Positions 1 to 21,471 of a DNA stretch of 64,000 nt are shown piece by piece. The stretch's first letter is position 1. The number at the start of each line of letters is the position of its first letter. The stretch lies in the NCBI RefSeq assembly GCF_009914755.1, contig NC_060929.1. The stretch is one strand, 5' to 3'. A program made the translations under genes and the position numbers. Source of the DNA: the human T2T-CHM13v2.0 reference genome, Homo sapiens. The notes beneath the pieces are model-generated. The model was given only the letters and a program-made list of their open reading frames with translations. It did no database searches and had not been told where the DNA came from.

Positions 1-97
1 ACCATACTCCAGGCTGGGTGACAGGGCAAGATCCTGTCAAAAAATAAAAAAATAAATAAAATAAAATCCATCCTTTACTGTGTAATAACCATTCTCA

Positions 98-1014
<917 letters not shown>

Positions 1015-1213
1015 GTGTCTTTCCCTAGAACAGACCTTGGAGGAAGATCCTCTCTAAATACTGGGGTGAAATTCTGTAGAGTATATTTATATATCAAAAT
1101 CTCAGAGGAGTCTATCTTAATATAAGAAGAAAACAATAAGATGGTAGAAGTTGGAAGGTCTATAGTGTAGCCATAGTTCTCCTAATTTCACTGATATAAA
1201 AATCACCACTCTC

Positions 1214-1514
<301 letters not shown>

Positions 1515-1973
1515 CTACCACTCTCATTGCAAAAGCAATGCTACAGAATTTAGGCAGCATGATAAATCATTACTAATTATATATCCCTGAGCAGTCCTGC
1601 ATGAACTGGAGGTATAGAGGAAAGGTTTCAGAAGATGGTGCCCAGTGCAATTTAGCTTCGCACTGATCCATTCACTTGGTGATAATGCCATCACAGCCAA
1701 CTAATGTCCTCCTAAACGAGAAATGTGCCTCCATAGTTGGCAGGGAAATACTTTTCCAGAGATGGGGGAAGAAAGATGCTGCAAGAGGGTAATCAGCATT
1801 AAAGTGACTCAGCTTTCTTCTCCAGTAGGGCAATATTCACCAGCCTCTGCCTTCTCTGAGGTCCTGTCTTTCCACCTCTGCCATCTGGCCCTGAATAGGG
1901 CTACTCTCAAGTATATATCTCTTCCTGGAACATGAGATTTTTATTTCCTCCTTTTGTCCCTTACTGCCCACCT

Positions 1974-2560
1974 GTGATGGTTAACTTCCTCTGTTAACTT
2001 GACTGGGCACAGGGTATCCAGATATTTGGCCAAACATTCTCCGGGATGTGTCTGTAAGGGTCACTCTGGATGAGATTTAGATTTGAATTGGTAGACTGAG
2101 TAATGCAGATTGCCCTCTCTAAGGCGGGTGGGTCTCATTCAATCAGCTGAAGACCTGGATAGAACAAAAAGAAACTGAATAAGAGGGAACTCCTCCTGCC
2201 TGACTTCTTAAGCTGGGACGTTTGCTTGCCAGCTTTTGGACTGGAACTTACACTATCAACTCTCCTGGTTCTCAGGCCTCAGGACTCAGACTAGAACTAT
2301 GCATTGGCTCTCCTGGGTCTCCAGATTACCAATTGCAGATCTTGGGACTTCTCAGCCTCCACAATCATGTGAGCCAATCCCACATATAATACATATATAT
2401 ATATATTTGAGACAGAGTCTTGCTCTGTTGCTCAGGCTGGAGTGTAGTGGTATAAACTCAGCTCACTGCAGCCTCAACCTCCTGAGCTCAAGCAATCCTT
2501 TGGCCACAACCTCCCAAAGTGCTGAGATTACAGGTATGAGCTATGGTGCCTAGCCATGAT

Positions 2561-2599
<39 letters not shown>

Positions 2600-2733
2600 T
2601 GCACATACACACACATATAATACATGTGTGTATATATAAACACATATATATGTATATACACACACATCCTTACATACACACACATATATAATCTCCTATA
2701 GCTTCTGTTTCTCTGCAGAACCCTGACTAATGA
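1974..2733 (+). mobile_element. ERVL LTR (MLT2 family) with an internal Alu fragment and (TA)n/(CA)n tract
   Basis: Starts tgtgatggttaac...ttgactgg and ends tctgtttctctgcagaaccctgactaat. Antisense Alu piece at ~2407-2555. Confidence 0.75.
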
Positions 2734-2840
2734 CCATCCACCCAACCCATCCACTTTTTTCCATCTTTGCAGTCACTTCCCTACTCTAATCCACTATAGC
2801 CCTTCACCTGCATGCCTGCATTAATCTTCTCATTGGTCTC

Positions 2841-3476
2841 TGCAGTGGGTTGAAATGTGCCCCTCAAAAGGATATGTCCAACTTTTAATCCCTGGTCCCC
2901 GTGGATGTCACCTTATTAGTTAAACAAGTCTTTACAGATGTAATTAAGGAATTTAAGATAAAATCATCCTGCATTAACCGAATGGGTCCTAAGACCAATG
3001 ACAAGTGCCCTTACCAAAAGAGGAGAGAGCTAGGCACAGTGGCATGCGCCTAGAGTCCTAGCTACTCAGGAGGCTGAGGTGAGAGGATCACTTGAGCCCA
3101 GGAGGTTGAGGCTGCAGTGAGCTATGATTATATCACTGCATTCCAGCCTGGATGACAGAGCAAGACCTTGTCTCTAAAACAAATTAATAAATAAATAAAA
3201 AGAGAAGCATAGACGCACAGGGCAGAAGGCACAGAGAGAAGGCCACGTGAAGAAAGAGGCAGAGATTGGAGGGATGCCACAGACCAGGGAGGACCTGGGA
3301 CCACTAGAAGCTGAAAGGGACAAGATTCTTCCCTGGAGCCTCCGGAGAGAGCGTGGCCCTGCTGCCATGTTAATTTCAGACTTCAGCCCTGTAGAGAGCT
3401 GAGAGAATAAATTTCTGTTGTTTTAAGCCACTCAGTTTATGCTAATTTGTTATGGCAGCCCTAGAAGACTAATACA
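2841..3476 (+). mobile_element. MaLR LTR (MLT1B/C-like) with an inserted Alu monomer (~3028-3200)
   Basis: Runs from tgcagtgggttgaaatgtgcccctcaaaaggatatgtcc to ttatggcagccctagaagactaataca. Confidence 0.78.
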
Positions 3477-3499
3477 GTCCCTTCCTTCCACTGTTTTTC

Positions 3500-4295
3500 A
3501 TTTTTTATTTTATTATTCATACATAATAAATATATTTTGGTGGTTCATGCAATAATTTAATACATGTATATAATTTATAGAGATCAAATCAGTATAATTG
3601 GGATATCCATCACCTTCAGTATTTGTCTTTTCTTCATGCTAGAAACATTTGAATTATTCTCTTCTAGCTATTCTGAAATATACAATAGATTACCATTAAC
3701 TATAGTCACCCTACTGATCTATCAAGTACTGGGTCTTATTTCTTCTATCAAACAGTGTATTTGTACTCATTAATCAACCTCTCTTCACTCCCTCCTCCCA
3801 ACTTTACCTGCCTCTCATAACCACCAATTTGTCTTCATAAGATCCATTTTTTTAGCTTCCTTATATAAGTGAGAACATGCGATTTTTCTTTCTGCACTTG
3901 GCTTATTTCATTTAACATAATAACCTCCTGTTCCATCCACATTCTTGCAATTGACAGGTTTCATTTTTTTATGGCTGTATAGTATTGCATGGTATACGTG
4001 TACCACATTTTCTTTATCCATTCATGAACTGATGAGCTCGTAGGCTGATTCCATATTCTGGCTATTGTGACTAGTGCTGCAATAGACATGGGAGTGCAGA
4101 TATCTCTTTGATGTATTGATTTCCTTTATTTTAGATAAACACCCAGTAGTGGGATTGCTGGATTATCTGGTAGTTTTATTTTTAGTTTTTTGAGCAACCT
4201 CCACACAGTTTTCAATAGTGGCCATACTAACTTACATTCCTACCAAAAGTGTATGAGGGTTCCCTTTCTCCACATCCTCACCAGCATCCACAATC
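3500..4295 (-). mobile_element. LINE-1 3' fragment (L1MA-like)
   Basis: Antisense L1 ORF2 end/3'UTR motifs (cccagtagtgggattgctggat, ttcccttttctccacatcctcaccagca-like). Confidence 0.8.
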
Positions 4296-4439
4296 ACAAA
4301 CCCTCCTTCAGCTCTTGGCCACTGTGATACATTCTCCACCCAGCAGCCAGGGTCATCTTTGAGAAATACAAATCTGATTTTAACTTCCGCTAAAAATGCT
4401 ATCATGGTAAACTGCAAACCTTTTACCATAGTCTCCTAA

Positions 4440-4958
<519 letters not shown>

Positions 4959-5426
4959 TAAATATTACCATCACAGAGAAGGCCCTGCCCTATCCACAGT
5001 GCTCTCCCACTATACCCCATCCTAACTGCACTATCACCATGTTTGTGCCCTTCCTACTCCTTGTCACTGTTTGAAATAAATGCATTTACTTGTTTACTTG
5101 TTTAGTCTGCTCCCCACCCCCACCGTGGAAGTAGGCACTGTGCTTGTTTCCCACCATATCCTCAACGTCTAGAACAATGCACAGAGTAGCTTTTGACAAA
5201 TGATTGCAAATGTGTGCTTGCATGAATTCTTTCCACTCGCTCATTCATTCAATAATTGTGTATGAAGTACTTAATTGGGGCCAAGCATATATCACAGGCC
5301 AAGCTCAGTGACAAATGTCAGGTTTCCTTTTCTTTTAAACTTAAATTTTATGTATTTTTAAAATTAAGTAACACTTTCCCTGAAATAAAATTGAAAAGGT
5401 AAAATAGGTATTCGGTAGGAGCCTCT

Positions 5427-6704
<1,278 letters not shown>

Positions 6705-7399
6705 AGCCTCCCTTCCGCATCTGTCCCCACTTCTCTTCAAGGGCTACCAATGAACTCATTTCTTATGCATCCTCCAGAGATCAAATGTTAGTTTTTTTGA
6801 GTCAGTCTCATCAAATATAGATAAAATAGAAACTGTCAAACTTTGTCAATAATTCAAGCAATAACAACTAACTTTGTTGTTAGTACCAGGCTAAGTGCTG
6901 GGCTGTGGGGAAAGTACGACTTCATGTGGAAGATACTATTATTCACTCCATTTTGCAGATGAGGAAACTGAGGCATAGAGTGATTGATTACCTCACTCAA
7001 GGTCAGTGTCAGAGCCACCATATGAATCCATGCACATCAGTCCAGCATCCTCACACTTAACCACTTTGCAATATTGCCTGGACTGTGGTGTTATAGTTAA
7101 GAGCTTGGGCTTTAAATTTGAGGCATGAAGTTTGATTTCCAGTTACTGGTGCTTATATCCTTAAGCAATCTACTAGTCTCTTTGGGCCTTAGTCCCAATG
7201 TGGGTAAAGTAGGTAAAAAATAATTATCTCCCTCACAGAGCTTTACAAAATTAAGTGAGACACTATATTAAAGCAACAAATCTAGCATGTGGCATATAGT
7301 ACTTGCTCCATAAATGTTAGCTTTTATAATTAACATTAGCACTATACCTTCCCTATTCACTCCGTCTGTGTCTATTTTTCTCTCTTTTAGCACATGTAG

Positions 7400-7915
<516 letters not shown>

Positions 7916-8490
7916 TCACACGTAGGCCTTGCTGGGAAACCTGGCCTTCCAGCACTCTTTTTCTAATGACAGCCTCAAAACACATCCACCTTAACTCTGC
8001 TTAGGGTTCAGGAAGGTGACTCTGAGCCCTTAAAGAGCTTCCTGACTTTTGCTCGTGCATTCATGCATTCAGAAGATATTACTTGCACTCCTGCTATGTG
8101 CTCTCTGGAAGCACTTATTCAAAAATGAACACCTGCAGGCTGCCCTGTTGAGTCTGCTTTGTCCTTGTGTACATTCCTGTCCCTGTCCAGGGAGCCTCCT
8201 CTTTCCTCCTCAGCCCTTCCTTCCTTCCTCCCCTTCTGCCAGCTTCTTTACTGGGAATGCAAGCTTCGGTCCTGGTGGGCTCCTCTTCCTCTGTACTCTG
8301 TGACAAAGACGAGAAGCTGTCCCTCCCAACTCCCTAGGGCCCAAGGAAGTGCATGTGGTTTAGGTGACACCCTCATGGTTGAACAAACATTTGTTTACCA
8401 GTAGTATTTTATGCATATTTGTCTTTCCTGTACAATTTTTGCTTTCCCTGGAGGTAATACTCATATTTTTTTGTTTGCTAAGTATTTTCT

Positions 8491-8982
8491 TTTTTTTTTC
8501 TTTTTTTTTTTTTATTATTATACTTTAAGTTCTAGGGTACCTGTGTGCAACGTGCAGGTTTGTTACATATGTATACATGTGCCATGTTGGTGTGCTGCAC
8601 TCACTAACTCGTCATTTACATTAGGTATATCTCCTAATGCTATCCCTCCCCCTTCTCCCCACCCCACCACAGGCCCCGGTGTCTGATGTTCCCCTTCCTG
8701 TGTCCAAGTGTTCTCATTGTTCAATTCCCACCTATGAGTGAGAACATGAGGTGTTTGGTTTTCTGTCCTTGCGATAGTTTGCTGAGAATGATGGTTTCCA
8801 GCTTCATCTATGTCCCTACAAAGGACATGAACTCATCCTTTTTTATGGCTGCATAGTATTCCATGGTGTATATGTGCCATATTTTCTTAATCCAGTCTAT
8901 CATTGATGGGCATTTGGGTTGGTTCCAAGTCTTTGCTATTGTGAATAGTGCCGCAATAAACATACGTGTGCATGTGTCTTTA
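8491..8982 (-). mobile_element. 5'-truncated primate L1 (L1PA3-5-like 3' end) with a 20-bp TSD
   Basis: Poly-T head followed by L1PA 3'UTR. Perfect TSD ttgtttgctaagtattttct at 8471-8490 and 8983-9002. Confidence 0.93.
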
Positions 8983-9079
8983 TTGTTTGCTAAGTATTTT
9001 CTATGATGATCATAAATTCAACCTAAAGAATCCCTAATTGTGAGTCTCCTCTCAATACATTAAAATATAAAGACGTTCT

Positions 9080-9257
9080 TTTCTTATTTATTTATTTATT
9101 TATTTTTTAGAGACAAGGTCTTGCTCTGTCACCCAGGCCAGAGTGCAGTGGTGCAATCATGGCTCACTGCAGCCTTGAACTCCCAGGCTCAAGGGATCCT
9201 CCCCAGCCTCAGCCTCCCAAAGTGTTGGGATTACAGGCTGGTGCCACTGCACCCGTC
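9080..9257 (-). mobile_element. Alu monomer/fragment (FLAM/AluJ-like)
   Basis: Short antisense Alu with a (TTTA)n tail. Confidence 0.85.
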
Positions 9258-9559
9258 CTTAAATACTTAGACATTCTTTCAGCTTCCCATCGGCGAAGTC
9301 CCTGCAGATCCACTGAGCTCTCCAGCTGGGCCTGGTTTTCCCCTGGCCTCAGCAGCAGCTTCTTGCTCGGGCTCTCTCTGTTCTGTCTCCCAGGAGCCCC
9401 TTCACCTCCTGCTGCTGCTGGTTCCCTGCTGCCAGACTCTCAGCTCTTCTAAGGCGGATTACATTAGTCAGGGGCCTCCTCAGACCTTTGCTGAAAATGC
9501 TTTCTTCTGCCCTTACTTTTAACTGATAATCTGGGTGTGGGAGTCTAGGTTGCAAGTCA

Positions 9560-9952
<393 letters not shown>

Positions 9953-10087
9953 TCATCCGATGTCATGATTCTTTGCCTGAAACCTATTTTATTTCTTTCT
10001 GGGAATTTGTTTTCTCTTTGTCCCCAGTTTTCTGAAATTTCACAACAATGTGCCTTGATGTGAGCCTGTTTTTCATCCATTATTTAG

Positions 10088-10445
<358 letters not shown>

Positions 10446-10489
10446 TAAACATATCTTTCTATCCTGATAAATGTTATTGAATTATTTCT

Positions 10490-11097
10490 TGTGGTGGCTT
10501 TGTACTGTTGTCCTAGCTAAGCTAGAACTAGGCCCCCTCGTGTTTCCTTATCTGTATGGTGTCAGGCTACTGTTGGCCACCAAGGCCATTTTGTAGCAGA
10601 TTTGGAAGCTAGAAATGAAGTGGCAGCCATATTTTATGCTCTGAAGGTTGGTGTCCAGCACCAGGCCCTGATGCACCTGCTGCCTCACCTAACTGGTTTG
10701 GGGCAGCACCTGGACTCACAGCTCCATTAGCTCTACCATAACTGTTCCTTTAGACACTGCAAGTTCTTTGGCTGGTGTGTGTGTGATTCTGTGGTGGTGG
10801 AGAGGGTACCGGATTCTACTGTAGATCACCCGTGGCATTGAGGTTGGAGGCAGTGAGAAAAAGACCTGGGTTCCAGTTTGTCTTTTTGGATTCCACTCTG
10901 TGCCTGCTCTCATCCACATTCAGCTTTCCTTCCCAACTGCCCAGTCTATGGAGATTTTAGGCCCAATGCTAGTTACAAAGGCAGCAGTCTGCAGAGACTG
11001 CCCCACCAGGTTCACAATTGTGTATAGTCCAGCTCCCAAAACAAATCCCTTATCCTATATCACATGTCATGGCTCTCTTCATACCCTGACTGATTCA
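10490..11097 (+). mobile_element. Old ERVL LTR (LTR40-like)
   Basis: Runs from tgtggtggctttgta...gctaagctagaacta to ccctgactgattca. Subfamily uncertain. Confidence 0.55.
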
Positions 11098-11349
11098 TTT
11101 CTTTAATGATTTCCTCCCCTTCGTTTTCTGTATTCTTTCTTTCTGGGACCCCTATTAATTGAAGATTAATCTCCTGGATAGGTACTCCATTTTTCTTATT
11201 ACCTCTCTCTTATTTTTTATCTCTGTCTTTTTACTCTACTTTCTAAGAGAATTCCTCAGTTTTGTCTTCCAACAGTTCTATTCAGTTTTAAATTTGTGCT
11301 AAATTTCCAGGAGTTTTTTGTTGTTGTTGTTATTGTTGTTATTCTCTGA

Positions 11350-11784
<435 letters not shown>

Positions 11785-11889
11785 AACATGCTTCTTTAAA
11801 TGTTTGTTTTAGTCTCTACCTTTCGTTTCGCTGTCCCCAAGTATCTAGTGAGATAAATATGTTTGTTCATAGTTAAGAATGAGGTACTT

Positions 11890-12198
<309 letters not shown>

Positions 12199-12294
12199 TT
12201 ACTGGTAGCTCTGAGTGTGTGGGGCTTATTGACCCTGATGTTTGCAGTATGCTGATCTGACTGACTCCTTCATTGGGAAACTTCTGATTTTTCT

Positions 12295-13042
12295 TTCTTT
12301 TTTTAGCATTTAAATTACCATATTTTATTTGAAACTTAACAGTGAGCTACCTGGTGATTTAATCTAGGGAAGCAAAGACTGAGAAAAGAAAGTCATATTT
12401 CACCTTGGAAGAGAAGACTTGACTACATCTAATTTCAGTTCATGAAGACTTATTACCAAAGCCACACATTAAATTATTACACTTATTCAAAAGAAATATA
12501 TAAGTGAGTGAGAAACAAATGAAAAAAATCAAGAAGGATGATACTTCAGCGATATCCACCAAGGATTTTTAAGTACTACTTAGTAAGTGCCATGTATTGC
12601 TAGTTGGCACTGGGGATAAAATTGCAAAAAATATAGAAATGGTTCCTGCAGTCATAAAGCCCTTAATTTAATCTTATTTTTTGCATTGTGGCAATAACCA
12701 TTAATTGTTCACTGTTAGAAGTTTATAATTTAATGTATTATTATTTGAAGAAAATATAGAAATATATTCATATGATCTCAGAGATTTTTTGACATAGTTA
12801 TTCTCAACTGGGTAATCAAGTAATAAGAGATTTTTTTTTTTCACTCAGCAAGCATTTATGGAATATATATTCACTATTCTAGACTAATAGCAAGACTGGA
12901 GATCTTGTTTAGGAAGAAGCAGTCCCTGTTCTCCAGAATTTGCAAAACCATAAAAAAGTACCTACTTTAAGCTATCTTTATTTTTTTTCAGCAAGCAGTC
13001 ATTCTGCCAGAAAAATTTAGTACACAAATACAGGATAATATA
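12295..13042 (-). pseudogene. Orphan retroposed sequence (non-coding processed insert or L1 3' transduction)
   Basis: 21-bp TSD with one mismatch (12274-12294 and 13043-13063). Poly-T head runs to 12304, with tttatt (AATAAA on minus) at 12324-12329. Confidence 0.75.
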
Positions 13043-13124
13043 TGGGACACTTCTGATTTTTCTATTTTGGATCTTTCCTCTTGGGTTAGTCAGATTCCCC
13101 AGAAAAGGGATTCTAGTCTCCTAC

Positions 13125-14020
<896 letters not shown>

Positions 14021-14294
14021 GCACTACCAGGAGAGTACAAGACTGGCTGCCAGCTTTCTGGGAACCAAGGCAGGAAAGAAGCTGTTGAAGCTGGGGTTGT
14101 GTCTTAGCATTCAGTATGTCAACGTTGCTTAATCCATGTTTTTCCGTGGTGCCTTTACCTTCAGCTGTAGATTTCTCTCCAGCCCAGAGTCTTCCCATTC
14201 TACCCTCTTCTCAAAAGAAACCTAAATCTTCTACTGAGGCAAGGACATGGGGAGTCACTCCTGAAGTGGGGGAGGGGATCTGGGCTTTAACAGC

Positions 14295-14595
14295 TTTTTT
14301 TTTTTTTGAGATGGAGTCTCGCCCGGTCGCCCAGGCTGGAGTCTAGTGGCACAATCTGGGCTTACTGCAACCTCTGCCCCCTGAGTTCAAGCAATTCTCC
14401 TGCCTTAGCCTCTCGAGTAGCTGGGATTACAGGTGTGCACCACCATTCCTGGCTAATTTCTTTTTTTGTATTTTTAGTAGAGATGGGGTTTCACCATGTT
14501 GGCCAGGCTGGTCTCGAACTCCTGACCTCAGGTGATTCGCCTGCCTTGGCCTCCCAGTGTGCTGAGATTACAGGCGTGAGCCACCATGCCTGGCT
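14295..14595 (-). mobile_element. Alu (AluSx-like)
   Basis: Antisense dimer. TSD tttaacagctt. Confidence 0.93.
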
Positions 14596-14941
14596 TTAAC
14601 AGCTTCTTAAACCAAGTTTTAACCAGCACCCTGCTTTTAGCTCCACTCTACCCCTACTTTAGGAGTTAACCAGTGCTCCCTATTCCTGAGCCTTTGGGGG
14701 ATGTATAATCTGGCTGCCCCTTGGCTTTCTCCACACCTGACTTAGGAGTCAACTTTCTGAAGTCTGCAAAGTCAGTTGATATTTATCCCTGCTTCCAAAT
14801 TTTTGTCAGTGTTATCTCAATGTCTATTTTATTTACTTTGTAAGCTTATTAATTTCTTCATTCATTGCTTTATTCTATAAATATTTATGAGCCCATAATA
14901 TGTGCTAGACATTCTTTGGCTCTTAAAAAAAAATAAATTTA

Positions 14942-15236
<295 letters not shown>

Positions 15237-15526
15237 TTACTCTTTCTTTGCTATACCACACAGATGTAATCAATTTACTCTTTTAGTGGAGTTTTAGATG
15301 TGTACAAACACAGTTATGTGTATTCAATCCTCCATCTTTACCTGGAAATCAAAATCTTTTCTAAATCAGTTAAAGAGGGATAATATTTAACCATGGGATT
15401 GGGAGAGGATTAATTGAGATAATGGAATGTAAAGTACTCAGCACAGTGCTCAGCACATAGTAAGTGCCCCAAAAATTGTAATCACTATGGTTATTATTTT
15501 AGTTTTTACTGTTCTAAGGTAGAACC

Positions 15527-15810
15527 AGGCTAGGTATGGTGGCTCCTGCTTGTAATCCCAAAGCATTGGGAGGCCAAGGCAGAAGAATCATTTGAGGTCA
15601 GGAGTTTCATATCAGCCTGTGCAACATAGTGAGACCCTGTCTCTACAAAACAAAATTTTTTAAAATTAGCCCAGCATGGTGGCATGTACCTATGGTCCCA
15701 GTTACTTGTGAGGCTGAGGCAGGAGGATCGCTTGAGCCCAGGAGTTCAAGTCTGCAATAAGCACCACTGCACTTCAGCCTGAGGAACAGAGCAAGACTCC
15801 ATCTCTAAAA
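15527..15810 (+). mobile_element. Alu (AluJ-like)
   Basis: Diverged dimer with a purine-rich tail. Confidence 0.88.
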
Positions 15811-16330
15811 GGGACAGGAAAGGGGAAAGGAAGAAAGAAAGAAGTGGAGGGAAGGAAGGATGGAGCAGTCTGCATGGTTAATAATTATATAAATGTTTTG
15901 TTGAGGATAGTTATGTTCAAGTGGATTAGGTACATTGTGGATTATGCTGCGAATTTTAATTTTTGGCTGACCTCTCCCATCAGGCCATTAGAGGTGTGCC
16001 TACAGTCTTAGCTTAAGAATACCCCAAATGCAATTCAACAATAACTCTGCTATGGAGAAGAAATCTGATAAAATGGTCCAAAGTCAGATAGACATCACTT
16101 TGAAATTTTCACTGCTGGTCCCCTCCATTAACATGACACTTGAAATGTGTTCGATAAGTAACACTTTGCAAGGCACTGCCACGATGCTTCTCTGTTGAAA
16201 ATTCCTTTCCATTGAGCATCACTCTGTCTTATTTTTATTTTTTAATAGAGACCACTGCAATGGGGTCTTGCAGCGGGGGAGAAAGAGTGGACTCAACTTC
16301 CTTACTCTGTCTTTTTAGAAAGAGTACCTG

Positions 16331-16676
<346 letters not shown>

Positions 16677-17150
16677 CTAGGCCTTCATGGCACAGGCTCT
16701 ATAGCAAAATATTATAATAATGACAATTTAAAAAGAGGGAGAGGGAGAGAGTATTTTATTACTCAGGAAACTGAAGCCCTAGAAAGTAAAGGTTCTTGTT
16801 TATTGATGGGTGGCTAACAAGCAACTAAGCCAGGATTAGAACACAGAGTTGCTCCCTTTTTTCCTCCCTAGTTCTGCTAAGTGAGAAGAATCAAAGATAG
16901 TCCTGAACTTCCATTGGATAGTCATGATGAAGTCTAGGAAATAAATGGTTTCTGTGGTCCAGGAATGTTTTCGGTCTCTTATGTGATTGCAGTCACATAT
17001 TAGTGAGGGCTGCAGTCATCTGAAAGCTTGACTGAGACTGGAGGGTTTGACATGGCTGACTCCCATACCTTAAAGTTGGTGATGGCTTAGGGCTCCTATA
17101 TGAGTTACCTCATGCTGTGTAACAAATTACTCCTGAATTTAAAGACTTAA

Positions 17151-17506
17151 TGATATGGTTTGACTGTGTCCCCACCCAAATCTCACCTTGAATCGTAGTA
17201 ATCCCCACATGTCAAGGGCAGGGCCAGGTGGAGATAATTGAATCATGGGGGCGTTTTCCCCCATACTGTTCTCATGGTAGGGAATAAGTCTTGTGAGATC
17301 TAATGGTTTTATAAATGGGAGTTCCCCTGCACAAGTTCTCTTGCCTGCCGCCATGTAAGACGTGACTTTCCTCCTCCTCTGCCTTCCACCATGGTTGTGA
17401 GGCCTCCCCAGCCATGTGGAACTGTGAGTCCATTAAACTTCTTTCCTTTATAAGTTACCCAGACTCAGGTATGTCTTTATTAGCAGTGTGAGAACAGACT
17501 AATACA
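17151..17506 (+). mobile_element. THE1 (MaLR) solo LTR, THE1C-like
   Basis: Runs from tgatatggtttgactgtgtccccacccaaatctc to gaacagactaataca. Perfect 5-bp TSD cttaa (17146-17150 and 17507-17511). Confidence 0.92.
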
Positions 17507-17583
17507 CTTAAAAACAATAATTTTTTTAAATAAAAAACAGGATGAGGGTATGGGTAGGTTGATTGCAAGATAAAACCTTTCTA

Positions 17584-17886
17584 GGGCTGGGCACGGTGGG
17601 TTCACACCTGTAATCCCAGCACTTTGGGAGGCCAAGGCAGGCAGATCGCTTGTGCTCAGGAGTTTGAGACCAGCCTGGGCAACATGGTGAAACCTCATCT
17701 CTACTAAAAATACAAAAAATAGCCAGACATGGTGGCATATGCTTATAGTCCCAGCTACTCAAGAGGCTGAGTCAGGAGGATTGTTTGAACCCAGGAGGCA
17801 GAGGTTGCAGTGAGCCAAGATTGTGCCATTGCATTCCAACCTGGGAGACAGAGTGAGACCCTGTATCAAAAAAAAAAAAAAAAAAA
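17584..17886 (+). mobile_element. Alu
   Basis: Full dimer. TSD tttctagg. Confidence 0.93.
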
Positions 17887-17919
17887 TTTCTAGGAGACGC
17901 CCTGGGTACCTCTAAAGGC

Positions 17920-19000
<1,081 letters not shown>

Positions 19001-19219
19001 AAGGATGGGGGCATGTGGTAGGTTGGTAGGTTTCCGACAAAACCTTTCTAGGAAACATAGCCCAGATGTCACTGAGGACTTTGTGCCACACATTCTCTAA
19101 ACAAATCAATCTAGAGGCAAAGATGCTCTAAGGATAATGATGTACTTGGGATAATATAATATCTGCAACCTCCTGAAATGCAGGCCTGGCTTGGGTGACT
19201 TTGAGGTTGACTGAAGATT

Positions 19220-19530
19220 ATTATTTTATTTATTTATTTATTTATTTTTGATACGGAGTCTCTCTCTGTTGCCCAGGCTGGAGTGCAGTGGTGCAATCTC
19301 GGCCCACTGCAAGCTCCGCCTCCTGGGTTCATGCCATTCTCCTGCCTCAGCCTCCTGAGCAGCTGGGACTACAGGTGCCTGCCACAACGCCCAGCTAATT
19401 TTTTGTATTTTTAGTAGAGATGGGGTTTCACTGTGTTAGCCAGGATGGTCTCAATCTCCTGACCTCGTGATCTGCCCGCCTCGGCTTCCCAAAGTGCTGA
19501 GATTACAGGCATGAGCCACCGCGCCTGGCC
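19220..19530 (-). mobile_element. Alu (AluY-like)
   Basis: caagctccgcc and catgccattctcc diagnostics. Confidence 0.92.
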
Positions 19531-19696
19531 AGATTATATTTTTAATACATTTGAGCCATTCATCTTTATAAGTTTTGTCTTCCTTTCTCTCTCCCCTCTG
19601 TTTATTGTCATTATTATAATATTTTGCTATGGAACCTGTGCCACGAAGGCCCAGAGACCCAAAGGAGACCAGGCACTCTTTCTAAAAAGACAGTGA

Positions 19697-20067
<371 letters not shown>

Positions 20068-20428
20068 CTATTAAAATAAATAAATATAAATAAATAGAGT
20101 GAGTCACGCTAAATGAAAAAGAATTTTCAACAGAGGAGCATTGTTGAACAAAGCTAGTATCAGTAGCCCCAGTCCCACACCTACCTTAATGACTCACTCC
20201 ATCACCTTTAGATTGGAAGTACAGCTGAGGGCACTCAGCCCACAGAGATTCCTGGGAAGGCAGACGATACCTCAGATAACCTAACTGGCTACCAACAGCT
20301 GGCACTGCCCCATGTAAACCTCAGGGAGGAACTGCACCTGGCTGTGGCATCAGGATCAGTCCTTGGCTGGGGCAGAAATAAAGTCCTTGGCTGGGGCAGA
20401 CATGTTGCTCAGTGGTTTATGAGTCTTA

Positions 20429-21144
<716 letters not shown>

Positions 21145-21167
21145 GAACAGAATAAGAAAAGTCCTGA

Positions 21168-21471
<304 letters not shown>

